Assembly (NCBI GenBank): GCA_040882555.1
Contig: JBBEBC010000141.1
Location: 1,644 to 65,643, forward strand
Length of the DNA stretch: 64,000 bases
Source of the DNA: Bacteroidia bacterium
GTDB taxonomy: Bacteria; Bacteroidota; Bacteroidia; M30B66
Reading direction: 5' to 3'
In this document: piece after piece, positions 20,672 through 29,264 of the stretch
Layout of the letters: the number at the start of each line of letters is the position of its first letter
Numbering within the stretch: position 1 is the first letter of the stretch
Made by a program: the position numbers and the translations under genes
The notes under the pieces: generated by a model
Database searches by the model: none
What the model saw: only the letters and a program-made list of their open reading frames with translations
Told to the model about the DNA's origin: nothing

Positions 20672-21262
20672 TTGACGTTATTTGCCCATATGAAATTCAA
20701 ATTTTACTTTCTCTCACTTTTACTTATTTCTCTTGGCTCATGTACTGAAGATGCATCCATCCCCCGGCCAAGGGGATATTTTAGAATTGATCTACCTGAG
20801 AAACAGTATCAAATGTATAGCAGTGATTGCCCATTTGTTTTTGAAATTCCATCTTATTCTGTGATGAGTCCGGGCTCTGCCGGAGATGCTCAACCTTGCT
20901 GGTTAAACCTTCAGTTCCCTAAGCAAAAAGCGACACTTCACCTCAGCTATAAAGAAGTTCAAAATAACGGAAATCAAATGATGGAGGACTCTCGCAATAT
21001 GGCCTATAAGCATGCAGTTAAAGCGAATGGGATTGAAGAGAAGGTTTTTGAGAATCTCGATGAAAATGTATATGGTATTATGTACAAGATTAGCGGCAAT
21101 GCTGCTTCTTCAGTGCAGTTTTATGTCACCGATAATGATCGGCATTTTTTAAGAGGGAGTTTGTATTTTTATTCCAGCCCTAATGCCGATTCACTTCAGC
21201 CAGTTACAAGCTTTATTCGTGAAGATATTGAGCACCTTGTTTCAACACTTAGGTGGAAATAG
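20672..21262 (+). CDS. lipoprotein, possibly gliding-motility lipoprotein GldD
   Basis: The lipobox LISLGSC-T is followed by ~170 aa. In Flavobacterium, gldD lies downstream of mutY and ssb (Hunnicutt & McBride), so the assignment is by synteny only; no gldE is present here. Confidence 0.35.
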   Translation: MTLFAHMKFKFYFLSLLLISLGSCTEDASIPRPRGYFRIDLPEKQYQMYSSDCPFVFEIPSYSVMSPGSAGDAQPCWLNLQFPKQKATLHLSYKEVQNNGNQMMEDSRNMAYKHAVKANGIEEKVFENLDENVYGIMYKISGNAASSVQFYVTDNDRHFLRGSLYFYSSPNADSLQPVTSFIREDIEHLVSTLRWK

Positions 21263-21333
21263 TTTTAGTAGAAGCCTATTTCATGAATAATGCGAATCAT
21301 TTAATGTTTGGTGTCAAAGCTGATCTTTTTCCA

Positions 21334-22350
21334 TCAACCTATCAGCTTCCTGCTCGCTAAAGCAAACATTACCCAAAATAACATTGTGGCTAAAAGTAAA
21401 TGAATAGGTTGGAAAAAGGCAGGCATCCCGGCGAAGCCGAGGATAATTCCGGCAATTAATTCAATTCCAAGCACTACCATTGCAAGTATTGATAAACGAT
21501 AGAAACCTCTATTCTTCGCGTTCATGCCCAAATAAATAACATATCCGCTGGCAACAGCGAGAATCAAAGAAAAAGCTCTGTGAATCATGAATGTAGAAGA
21601 AAGTTCATCAACCCACGCTGCCCTCATATCGTAACCCAAGGTTTTGGCAATTACATCAATTTCCTCTCTTACTTGAGTGCCAATGAGAATTTGAATAAGC
21701 GATGCTAAAACAGCTATGTAAGCGAAAGTCTGTACTTGCTTATTTGTCTTGTAGCGTTCGGCTTGATTTAATTTATTAATTACAATTTGGGCCAGCACCA
21801 ATAGAATGAGAGCACCCAACATATGAATACTTATTGATTGAGGAATTAGATTTCCATCAACCACCAATTTACCAAGCCAAGCTTGAAAGCCGGTCACAAA
21901 AACCAAGGCAAAACTCAGAAGAATCAGAATAGGCTTAGTCTTCCGGTAACTGAAAGAACTCACAAACATTCCGAACACAAATATCCCGAGAAGGGCTCCT
22001 AACAAGCGGTTGATATACTCAATCCAAGTTTGCTCTACCACAAAATCAGAATAATCGTGTTTAGGATATTTCTCCCATTCACTTCGGTTGAATTCTCCTG
22101 AAGCAGTAATTTTTGATTTTGCACTCCATAGGGTATCGAATTCGATCACCATCATACCTTTCGTGTAGGTGCGGCCGGCCTCAAAACGGACTTGAGAATC
22201 TTCTGTCGGCGGAATGTAATACCCAAAGCATTTAGGCCAGTCGGGACAACCCATACCCGATTGTGTGGTGCGCACAATTGAGCCTGCTAGAATGACCAGA
22301 AATGTACTAACTAGTGTGGTGTAAGAGAGAAAACGAAAGAGCTTTTGCAT
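21334..22350 (-). CDS. ctaA: heme A synthase (COX15/CtaA family)
   Basis: A GMGCPDWPKCFGY motif near the N-terminus and 8 predicted TM helices. Confidence 0.8.
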   Translation of the reverse strand: MQKLFRFLSYTTLVSTFLVILAGSIVRTTQSGMGCPDWPKCFGYYIPPTEDSQVRFEAGRTYTKGMMVIEFDTLWSAKSKITASGEFNRSEWEKYPKHDYSDFVVEQTWIEYINRLLGALLGIFVFGMFVSSFSYRKTKPILILLSFALVFVTGFQAWLGKLVVDGNLIPQSISIHMLGALILLVLAQIVINKLNQAERYKTNKQVQTFAYIAVLASLIQILIGTQVREEIDVIAKTLGYDMRAAWVDELSSTFMIHRAFSLILAVASGYVIYLGMNAKNRGFYRLSILAMVVLGIELIAGIILGFAGMPAFFQPIHLLLATMLFWVMFALASRKLIG

Positions 22351-22424
22351 GCTGATTTATCAAATGCAAAAGTAGGATGATTGTTTTGAGCAGGCATGAA
22401 TCTTTGTGGTATTTTAACTGATAT

Positions 22425-22525
22425 GCTCAGAGACCAGGCCTTTACTTGGCTTAGCGGGCGCACGAAGCTACCATGTAGCCGGGAGCACGCGACCCCGCTT
22501 TAGCGGGGGAAGCCCCAAAAAATTA
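22425..22525. other. GC-rich intergenic island with three imperfect ~15-nt direct repeats and a 6-bp stem-loop; candidate structured RNA or operator cluster
   Basis: GC is about 60% against about 38% background. The repeats are cttagcgggcgcacg, gtagccgggagcacg and tttagcgggggaagc. The hairpin is ccccgc-ttta-gcgggg at about 22492-22508. It lies between the divergent ctaA and methyltransferase genes. Confidence 0.3.
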
Positions 22526-22589
22526 AATTTTTGCAGACTTTAACATCCGCTTTAAAGCCATTTTCTTTTCATCTTCGCAGCATCAAATT

Positions 22590-23390
22590 ATGGGAGCATA
22601 CCTTCACGGATACACTCAAGAAGAGTATCAACGACTTATTCATCAGGCCGAATTTCTGAAAGGCAACATTTACAACAACCTCGATTTGCCTCAAGAGGGA
22701 TTGCTTCTTGAGCTTGGCTGCGGCGTGGGTGCTCAAACAAGAATTATTTTGGAGCTTTATCCAAAGCTGAACATACTTGCTGTAGACCGTTCACCCGAGG
22801 CAATTGAAACTGCCAAAGCAGGAATAAGTGAGGAATTAAAAAACAGAGTTGAATTTATTTGCTCTGATTTAAGTGATTTTGTTTCGCCTCAACCGGCGGA
22901 TGCTGCCTTTTATTGCTGGATGCTTGAGCATGCTACTGACCCTCTTGCATTGCTAAAGCAAGCCAAATTAAGTCTTAAGCCGGGAGCTAAAGTCTTTTTA
23001 ACGGAAGTGCAAAACAATACACTTCAGGTTTTCCCTAGAAACGCCAACCTGGAAGAATATTGGAATGCATACAATGAAATGCAGATTAAGTATAATGGTG
23101 ATCCATTTATTGGAGTAAAACTTCCCGGACTGCTTCAGCAAGCGGGCTATAAATCTATTTCTATTGAGCCAAGGATGTTTATTTATAATACCCACGACAA
23201 AAGGGCATTAGAAGAAATATGTAATTATTGGTGGCGGTTATTGAACAGCGCTTCTAATGAATTAATAGAACAGGGCTTTATCAATGAGTTTACTAAAAGT
23301 GAAACAAAAAAGCATTTGTTGAATTTGCATTCTCAGGAAAATGGGTTATTTTCTTTCACATTTTTGCAAGCAGAATCAGAATTCTACTAG
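22590..23390 (+). CDS. class I SAM-dependent methyltransferase
   Basis: LLLELGCGVGAQT, the motif I glycine loop. Confidence 0.75.
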   Translation: MGAYLHGYTQEEYQRLIHQAEFLKGNIYNNLDLPQEGLLLELGCGVGAQTRIILELYPKLNILAVDRSPEAIETAKAGISEELKNRVEFICSDLSDFVSPQPADAAFYCWMLEHATDPLALLKQAKLSLKPGAKVFLTEVQNNTLQVFPRNANLEEYWNAYNEMQIKYNGDPFIGVKLPGLLQQAGYKSISIEPRMFIYNTHDKRALEEICNYWWRLLNSASNELIEQGFINEFTKSETKKHLLNLHSQENGLFSFTFLQAESEFY

Positions 23391-23513
23391 CTTTTTCGGT
23401 CAAGAAAATTATTTTTCAATTTTAAAGCAAGTTTTCCTTGTTTTTTGAGTTGAGATATAACTTCATTGCTTGCTCTTTATTAACTTGCAGACCCATTAAT
23501 TTCCCAAAATTTT

Positions 23514-24800
23514 ATGAGTAAGACTGCCACCTTAAAAATAGACGATAAAACTTACGAACTTCCTGTTGTAACAGGTTCTGAAAATGAACAAGCTATTGAT
23601 ATTCAAAAGCTTCGTGCTGAATCTGAACTAATTACTTTAGACTCAGGGTATAAAAACACAGGTGCTACAACTAGTAATATCACCTTCTTGGATGGAGAGA
23701 AAGGTGTTTTGCGCTACCGCGGATATCCTATCGAGCAGCTGGCTGAGAAATCGTCATTTATTGAGGTTGCTTACCTTTTAATTTACGGAGAGCTTCCAAA
23801 AAAGGCACAATTAGAAAAATTCCAGAACGATATAACTCGTCACACCCTCATTCATGAGGATATGAAACGCTTCTACGAAGCATATCCTGCGAAAGCACAT
23901 CCAATGGGAGTGGTAGCATCAATTACCTGCTCTCTTTCAACATTTTATCCTGAATCTCAGCAGCCAAATCGCTCAAATGAAGAGATTGAATTAACTATTG
24001 TGCGACTGCTTGCTAAATTCAGCACTATTGCTGCTTGGGCATATAAAAACTCTGTTGGGCATCCGGTAATGTATCCGAAGAATTCTCTCAATTATGTTGA
24101 GAATTTCCTTCACATGATGTTTGGAATGCCAACGGAGAATTTCGACGCAGATCCTGTCATTGTAAATGCTTTAGATAAGTTACTTATTCTTCACGCAGAT
24201 CATGAGCAAAACTGTTCTACATCAACGGTAAGAATGGTAGGTTCATCTCAGGCAAATCTCTATGCTTCCATTTCAGCCGGAATTTGTGCTTTGTGGGGTC
24301 CACTTCACGGAGGTGCTAACCAAGCCGTTATCGAGATGCTCGAAGAGATTAAGAACGACGGCGGCGATGTGCAGAAGTTCATCAATAAAGCAAAAGATAA
24401 AAACGATTCATTTAGACTTATGGGCTTCGGTCACCGAGTTTACAAGAACTTCGACCCAAGAGCCAGTATAATTAAGGATGCTTGCGACCAGATGTTGAAT
24501 AAACTAGGGGTAAGTGATCCAATGCTTGATATTGCAAAACAATTGGAGGAGGCAGCATTGAACGATCCATATTTCGTGGAGCGCAAGCTTTATCCTAACG
24601 TTGATTTTTATTCAGGAATCATCTACCGTGCAATGGGAATTCCAACTGAGATGTTTACGGTTATGTTTGCTTTAGGCCGTCTTCCAGGTTGGATAGCTCA
24701 ATGGAAAGAAATGCTTGGAAATAAAGAACCAATCTCACGCCCACGTCAGGTTTACACTGGTCACACCCAAAGAAATTATCTCAATATTGCAGATAGATAA
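23514..24800 (+). CDS. gltA: citrate synthase
   Basis: GFGHRVYKNFDPRA and the surrounding blocks are the citrate synthase signature; 428 aa. Confidence 0.9.
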   Translation: MSKTATLKIDDKTYELPVVTGSENEQAIDIQKLRAESELITLDSGYKNTGATTSNITFLDGEKGVLRYRGYPIEQLAEKSSFIEVAYLLIYGELPKKAQLEKFQNDITRHTLIHEDMKRFYEAYPAKAHPMGVVASITCSLSTFYPESQQPNRSNEEIELTIVRLLAKFSTIAAWAYKNSVGHPVMYPKNSLNYVENFLHMMFGMPTENFDADPVIVNALDKLLILHADHEQNCSTSTVRMVGSSQANLYASISAGICALWGPLHGGANQAVIEMLEEIKNDGGDVQKFINKAKDKNDSFRLMGFGHRVYKNFDPRASIIKDACDQMLNKLGVSDPMLDIAKQLEEAALNDPYFVERKLYPNVDFYSGIIYRAMGIPTEMFTVMFALGRLPGWIAQWKEMLGNKEPISRPRQVYTGHTQRNYLNIADR

Positions 24801-24806
24801 AACAAC

Positions 24807-25400
24807 ATGTTTGACAAGCTGATGCAACAAATATTAAAGTGGTTGCAGTCGCCATCGGAGTCAGACCCCGAAACGGTGACTCAGGAAATGCTTGTCCGCT
24901 CGCATAAGCAAAAGCAGTTGTTTAAAGCTTGGATAAAAGATGGCACACATAACGAGGTGTTGAAGAATATTTACACTTCTTATACGCTAAGTAAATCAGG
25001 CATTTCGGCAGATATTCCGATGCATGTGTTTGGTCAGAGAAATTCCCGACATGTGATTATTCATTTTATGGATGTGATGGGAAAAAATCAGTTTGCATTT
25101 TTGCAGGACTATTTCCGCGACCGAATCATGCGCATTGGTTACAACCTTTATTTGAGCGATAGGCAAATCATCAATCGCATTTCGCATTTAGAGGTTGTCG
25201 ACAGGCATGTTTTGAGACCTTATGTTCCAGCTATTAGTTTACAGGATAAACCGGAACAGCTTTATGGCATTATATCAATCGTTGTGCATACAGCGAATGA
25301 TCGTCCAATGTTTTTAGAGATTTCAGCTGAAACAAGCAATGACATTGGTCAAGCCCCTGCTTTTCCTTTTGACGAGTTGGCAGAGATACTATTTATATGA
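24807..25400 (+). CDS. hypothetical protein
   Basis: A 197-aa ORF with no recognisable motif. It starts 7 bp after gltA and overlaps the next gene. Confidence 0.4.
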   Translation: MFDKLMQQILKWLQSPSESDPETVTQEMLVRSHKQKQLFKAWIKDGTHNEVLKNIYTSYTLSKSGISADIPMHVFGQRNSRHVIIHFMDVMGKNQFAFLQDYFRDRIMRIGYNLYLSDRQIINRISHLEVVDRHVLRPYVPAISLQDKPEQLYGIISIVVHTANDRPMFLEISAETSNDIGQAPAFPFDELAEILFI

Positions 25401-26581
25401 TTTTGCGATTGATATTATTCATCGCAGGAATAATTCTATTTCAGGGCTCAAATGCGCAGCAAGTTTCAATTAGCCTTACTATTTCAGAATCTGGTATTGT
25501 AGAAGTAGAACCATTTTGTGTTGATGGTTTTAACTCCTTCGGAGGAATCGGATTTACTGGGAATATTTTTGCGATTTATCAAGTAGGGAAATTCTCAAAA
25601 CGCAAAATTAAGCGCCAACAGAAAAAGTATGATCGTCAAGTAATTATTGATCCTGATTCCATTGAAAATACTGAGTTAACAAAGACCGAAGGCTTGACTT
25701 TTTCTCCCTTTGATGCAGCAGCGGCTTCGAATAGTATGTCACTTTTTATGCCCATGATGTTTATGTCAGCACCTGATTCGGGGAAGGTTTGGAGCACATT
25801 TAATTATACTACAACAAATTATAATTGTCGCGGAGGTGCTTCTTATTCAAGCTATTTTATTCGACATAGATTAAATGAAAAGTCATTTCCTGATTCTATT
25901 TATTGGGGCTATGCTTATCCAGCTAGAGACTCCGGAAATGTTGAAAAGCCAAAGTCTTTGTGGAGATATTGGTATAACGAACAGGATAATTTCACTCGAA
26001 TAGAGATTACAGACTTAGATTACCCAGAAGAGTTTGGACCTAATCAACTGAGAACGATTATTTCATTTGATTATAATGCAGATAATCAGCTTACAAGAAT
26101 CATTACTTTTCAAGATACACTGTCAAATTCTGTATGTCAGCATGCTGATTCTTTAAGTGATCTTATTAGCAAATCATTTTATTACGATGATGATTCCATT
26201 CGTGATTTCATTGAGGAATTAGCTTACCCAGATAGCGGTCAAGCTGTATTCGGATTTATTCAATATCAGTATGCGAATAAGCAATTAATTAGCTCACACT
26301 CCTTTACAAAGGATTGGTTGGCAATAGTGAAGGATTCGTTGGTTTACGAAGACAATCTGTTGAAGGAGCATTACCATTTAATGGATAATTCGACCTATGA
26401 CTTGACCAAATTTAGCTACCTGAAAAACCATAGATTAAATAAGTATAGTGTTCAATCCTATGTCGACAAAAACGACGCTCACAGCGAGTTAGATGAGGAA
26501 GAAATTCCAGTTTCATATATCAGGCGTTCTGAATTAAATCTTCGAAACAAGCAAAAAGCTGAACTTAAGGCTTATGAATAA
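25397..26581 (+). CDS. hypothetical secreted protein
   Basis: A signal peptide (…ILFQGSNAQ/Q) and a 394-aa Tyr/Asp/Asn-rich body with no recognised domain. The 4-bp overlaps on both sides place it in an operon. Confidence 0.45.
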   Translation: MILRLILFIAGIILFQGSNAQQVSISLTISESGIVEVEPFCVDGFNSFGGIGFTGNIFAIYQVGKFSKRKIKRQQKKYDRQVIIDPDSIENTELTKTEGLTFSPFDAAAASNSMSLFMPMMFMSAPDSGKVWSTFNYTTTNYNCRGGASYSSYFIRHRLNEKSFPDSIYWGYAYPARDSGNVEKPKSLWRYWYNEQDNFTRIEITDLDYPEEFGPNQLRTIISFDYNADNQLTRIITFQDTLSNSVCQHADSLSDLISKSFYYDDDSIRDFIEELAYPDSGQAVFGFIQYQYANKQLISSHSFTKDWLAIVKDSLVYEDNLLKEHYHLMDNSTYDLTKFSYLKNHRLNKYSVQSYVDKNDAHSELDEEEIPVSYIRRSELNLRNKQKAELKAYE

Positions 26582-27002
26582 TTACATTATTTCTTGTGAA
26601 AAAGAATTGTTGCAAATAGATGCAATTCATACTTATTTAAGTGCAGAATCTTATTGGGCCAAGGGAATTCCTCTGAGCACTGTTCAAACTTCAATTGATC
26701 ATTCACTTTGCTGGGGAGTTTATCATAATCAACTTCAAATTGGTTTTGCGCGTGTTATTTCTGATTACGCTACGTTTGCTTATTTGGCAGATGTATATAT
26801 TCTTGAAGCTCATCGTGGCAAAGGATTAAGCAAGCAGTTAATGATTGAAATTTTCAAACATCCCGAACTGCAAAGTCTTAGGAGATGGATGTTGCTAACC
26901 CACGATGCACATGAAATTTACCGCTCATTTGGGTTTAGTAGCCCTGCTTTTCCTGAGAGAATAATGGAAATTTCTCGTCCCAATTTGTATCATAGTAAAT
27001 AA
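26574..27002 (+). CDS. GNAT family N-acetyltransferase
   Basis: HRGKGLSKQLM is the acetyl-CoA-binding motif A (R/Q-x-x-G-x-G/A); 142 aa. Confidence 0.7.
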   Translation: MNNYIISCEKELLQIDAIHTYLSAESYWAKGIPLSTVQTSIDHSLCWGVYHNQLQIGFARVISDYATFAYLADVYILEAHRGKGLSKQLMIEIFKHPELQSLRRWMLLTHDAHEIYRSFGFSSPAFPERIMEISRPNLYHSK

Positions 27003-27056
27003 CAGTCAACTCATTTGAAGGGGGATTGAAATCAAAGTCTTATTTTTACGGGTTTA

Positions 27057-27551
27057 ATGGAAAAGAATAACGTTCCCTCGTTCAACGAGATATACATGAA
27101 CTTAGCCTCTAATCTGGCTTTGCGCTCGCATTGTGTGAAGCAACAGGTGGGAGCTGTTCTTACAAAAGATACCCGAATTATTTCTCTGGGCTATAACGGT
27201 CCACCAGCAGGAACGCACAATTGCGATGAAGAATGGCCTGAAGAAGGTTGCGCAAGAGATAGAAAAGGCAGTTGCTATTTGGCATTACATGCCGAAGCAA
27301 ATGCAATTCTGTATGCAGCTAAAAACAAGGTAGATCTCGAAAATAGCACTTTATATGTAACACTTTCACCTTGCCTTTCCTGCGCTAGAATTATTCTGTC
27401 AGTAGGAATTAAGAAAGTTTTTTTCTTAAAATCATATGCCGAATATAAAGGCATTGCAATTGATGAAGGAGTAGAATTTCTAAGGAAATTTGGCGTTGAG
27501 GTAGAGCAGTTAATTAATCAATCTGAAACAGAAACAAGCCTGACGAATTAA
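27057..27551 (+). CDS. deoxycytidylate (dCMP) deaminase
   Basis: HAEANAI...PCLSCA, the zinc-binding CDA motifs; 164 aa, ComEB/dCMP deaminase-like. Confidence 0.8.
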   Translation: MEKNNVPSFNEIYMNLASNLALRSHCVKQQVGAVLTKDTRIISLGYNGPPAGTHNCDEEWPEEGCARDRKGSCYLALHAEANAILYAAKNKVDLENSTLYVTLSPCLSCARIILSVGIKKVFFLKSYAEYKGIAIDEGVEFLRKFGVEVEQLINQSETETSLTN

Positions 27552-27581
27552 CTTCTATTCTACTTTATTGTTTGCATATAC

Positions 27582-29246
27582 ATGAACAACTCTTCAAATA
27601 ACCGGCTTTACTTTTTTGTCCCATTTCTAATTGGTGCAGCTGTAGCAGCTGGAATTTTTATTGGCTCTTTTCTGGGTGGAGAAGATGCTTCAACAGGCCT
27701 TTCTCCTTTTAAGGCTAATTCAAACTCAGACAAACTGCAGGATGCTGTTCAATATATCATGCATGAATATGTTGATACACTTAACAAAGATAATTTAGAG
27801 GAAGATGCTATTGTTTCACTTTTGAAACAGTTAGATCCTCACTCTTCTTACATTCCAGCCCAAGATTTAAAGTCAGTTAGCGAACAGCTTCAAGGTAATT
27901 TTGATGGAATAGGTATAGAGTTTAACATCCAGCGTGATACCATCATGGTTGTAGCAGCTATTTCTGGCGGACCATCAGAATCTCTTGGCATCCAAAGTGG
28001 AGATAGAATTATCGCAATTGAAGGTAAAAGCATTGCTGGCATAGGCGTTGAAAATGAAGATGTTATCTCTAAACTCAGAGGTGAAAGAGGTACTAAGGTT
28101 AATATCACCGTGTTTCGTCCTTCAGGAAAAAAGCAGATAGATTACGCTATTACGCGTGGCCAGATTCCCTTATATAGTCTCGACGCGAGTTATATGATTA
28201 GCCCGGAGATTGGCTACATAAAGATATCCCGCTTTGCGGCAACCACTTATAATGAATACCTAAAGGCATTTAACAAGCTGCGCATGGAAGGGATGCAGAA
28301 ATTGGTTCTTGATTTAAGAGGAAATCCAGGGGGTTATCTCAATGCTGCCGTTGATATTTGTGACGAGTTCCTATCGAGAGGCAATAAAATAGTTTACACA
28401 GAAGGTAAAGCCCGTAAGCGTGAAGATTTTACAGCTACCTCAAAGGGAGGTTTCGAGCAAGGTGGATTAGTTGTTCTCATTGATGAAGGTTCAGCATCAG
28501 CTTCTGAAATTGTATCAGGCGCTATTCAGGATAACGATCGTGGATGGGTTATCGGAAGAAGATCTTTTGGTAAAGGGCTAGTGCAAGAGGAAGTGAGATT
28601 TGATGATGGTTCTGCAATGCGTTTAACCATAGCAAGATATTATACGCCTACCGGCAGATGTATTCAAAAGTCCTATGAAGGCGGTTTGGAAGCTTATTAT
28701 AATGAGCTTAACGATAGGTATGAGCACGGTGAAATGATTTCAGGCGATTCTATTGTTGCCAGTGATACTTTGGCATTTCTAACCCCTGCAGGAAGGAAGG
28801 TTTTTGGAGGAGGAGGCATCATGCCTGATATTTTTATTCCGGCAGATACAAGTGGTTATTCTAGCTATATCTCAGAAATCATCTCGAAAGGTTTATTGAA
28901 TCGTTTTGCTTTCGATTATGTTGATAGCAGAAGGCAGCAGCTGAAAAAGACCTATTCAAATGCTTCCGCTTTTTCAAATGGGTTTAAAGTGGAAGGCCTT
29001 GTAAATGACTTCAGCAAGTTTGCTGAGAAAGAAGGAGTAAAGTTTCGTAAGGATGAATTCCAAACTTCGTCATCCATCATCACCAATCAATTATTAGCAC
29101 TCATGGGAAGAGCCCTTTATGGAAATGACGGGTATTATTCCATCAGCAATAAAAACGACAAGAGCATTAAAAAGGCTGTTGAACTTCTAAATAAAAACAA
29201 ATTAGTAAGTGCTCAAAGTGAGAGTACTCTAAAACCATCTTTCTAA
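27582..29246 (+). CDS. S41 family C-terminal processing peptidase (second paralog)
   Basis: GNPGGYL and SASASEIVSGAIQDNDRGWVIGRRSFGKGLVQ, with an N-terminal TM anchor. It is a paralog of 2059-3801. Confidence 0.85.
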   Translation: MNNSSNNRLYFFVPFLIGAAVAAGIFIGSFLGGEDASTGLSPFKANSNSDKLQDAVQYIMHEYVDTLNKDNLEEDAIVSLLKQLDPHSSYIPAQDLKSVSEQLQGNFDGIGIEFNIQRDTIMVVAAISGGPSESLGIQSGDRIIAIEGKSIAGIGVENEDVISKLRGERGTKVNITVFRPSGKKQIDYAITRGQIPLYSLDASYMISPEIGYIKISRFAATTYNEYLKAFNKLRMEGMQKLVLDLRGNPGGYLNAAVDICDEFLSRGNKIVYTEGKARKREDFTATSKGGFEQGGLVVLIDEGSASASEIVSGAIQDNDRGWVIGRRSFGKGLVQEEVRFDDGSAMRLTIARYYTPTGRCIQKSYEGGLEAYYNELNDRYEHGEMISGDSIVASDTLAFLTPAGRKVFGGGGIMPDIFIPADTSGYSSYISEIISKGLLNRFAFDYVDSRRQQLKKTYSNASAFSNGFKVEGLVNDFSKFAEKEGVKFRKDEFQTSSSIITNQLLALMGRALYGNDGYYSISNKNDKSIKKAVELLNKNKLVSAQSESTLKPSF

Positions 29247-29264
29247 TTAACAGAATAGCGTAAA

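Noticed and set aside
22380-22560. GC-rich island as an SRP (4.5S) RNA or tRNA
   Set aside because: I could not find the conserved SRP helix-8 motif (…GGAAGCAGCC…) or tRNA arms. It is kept only as an unclassified candidate element.
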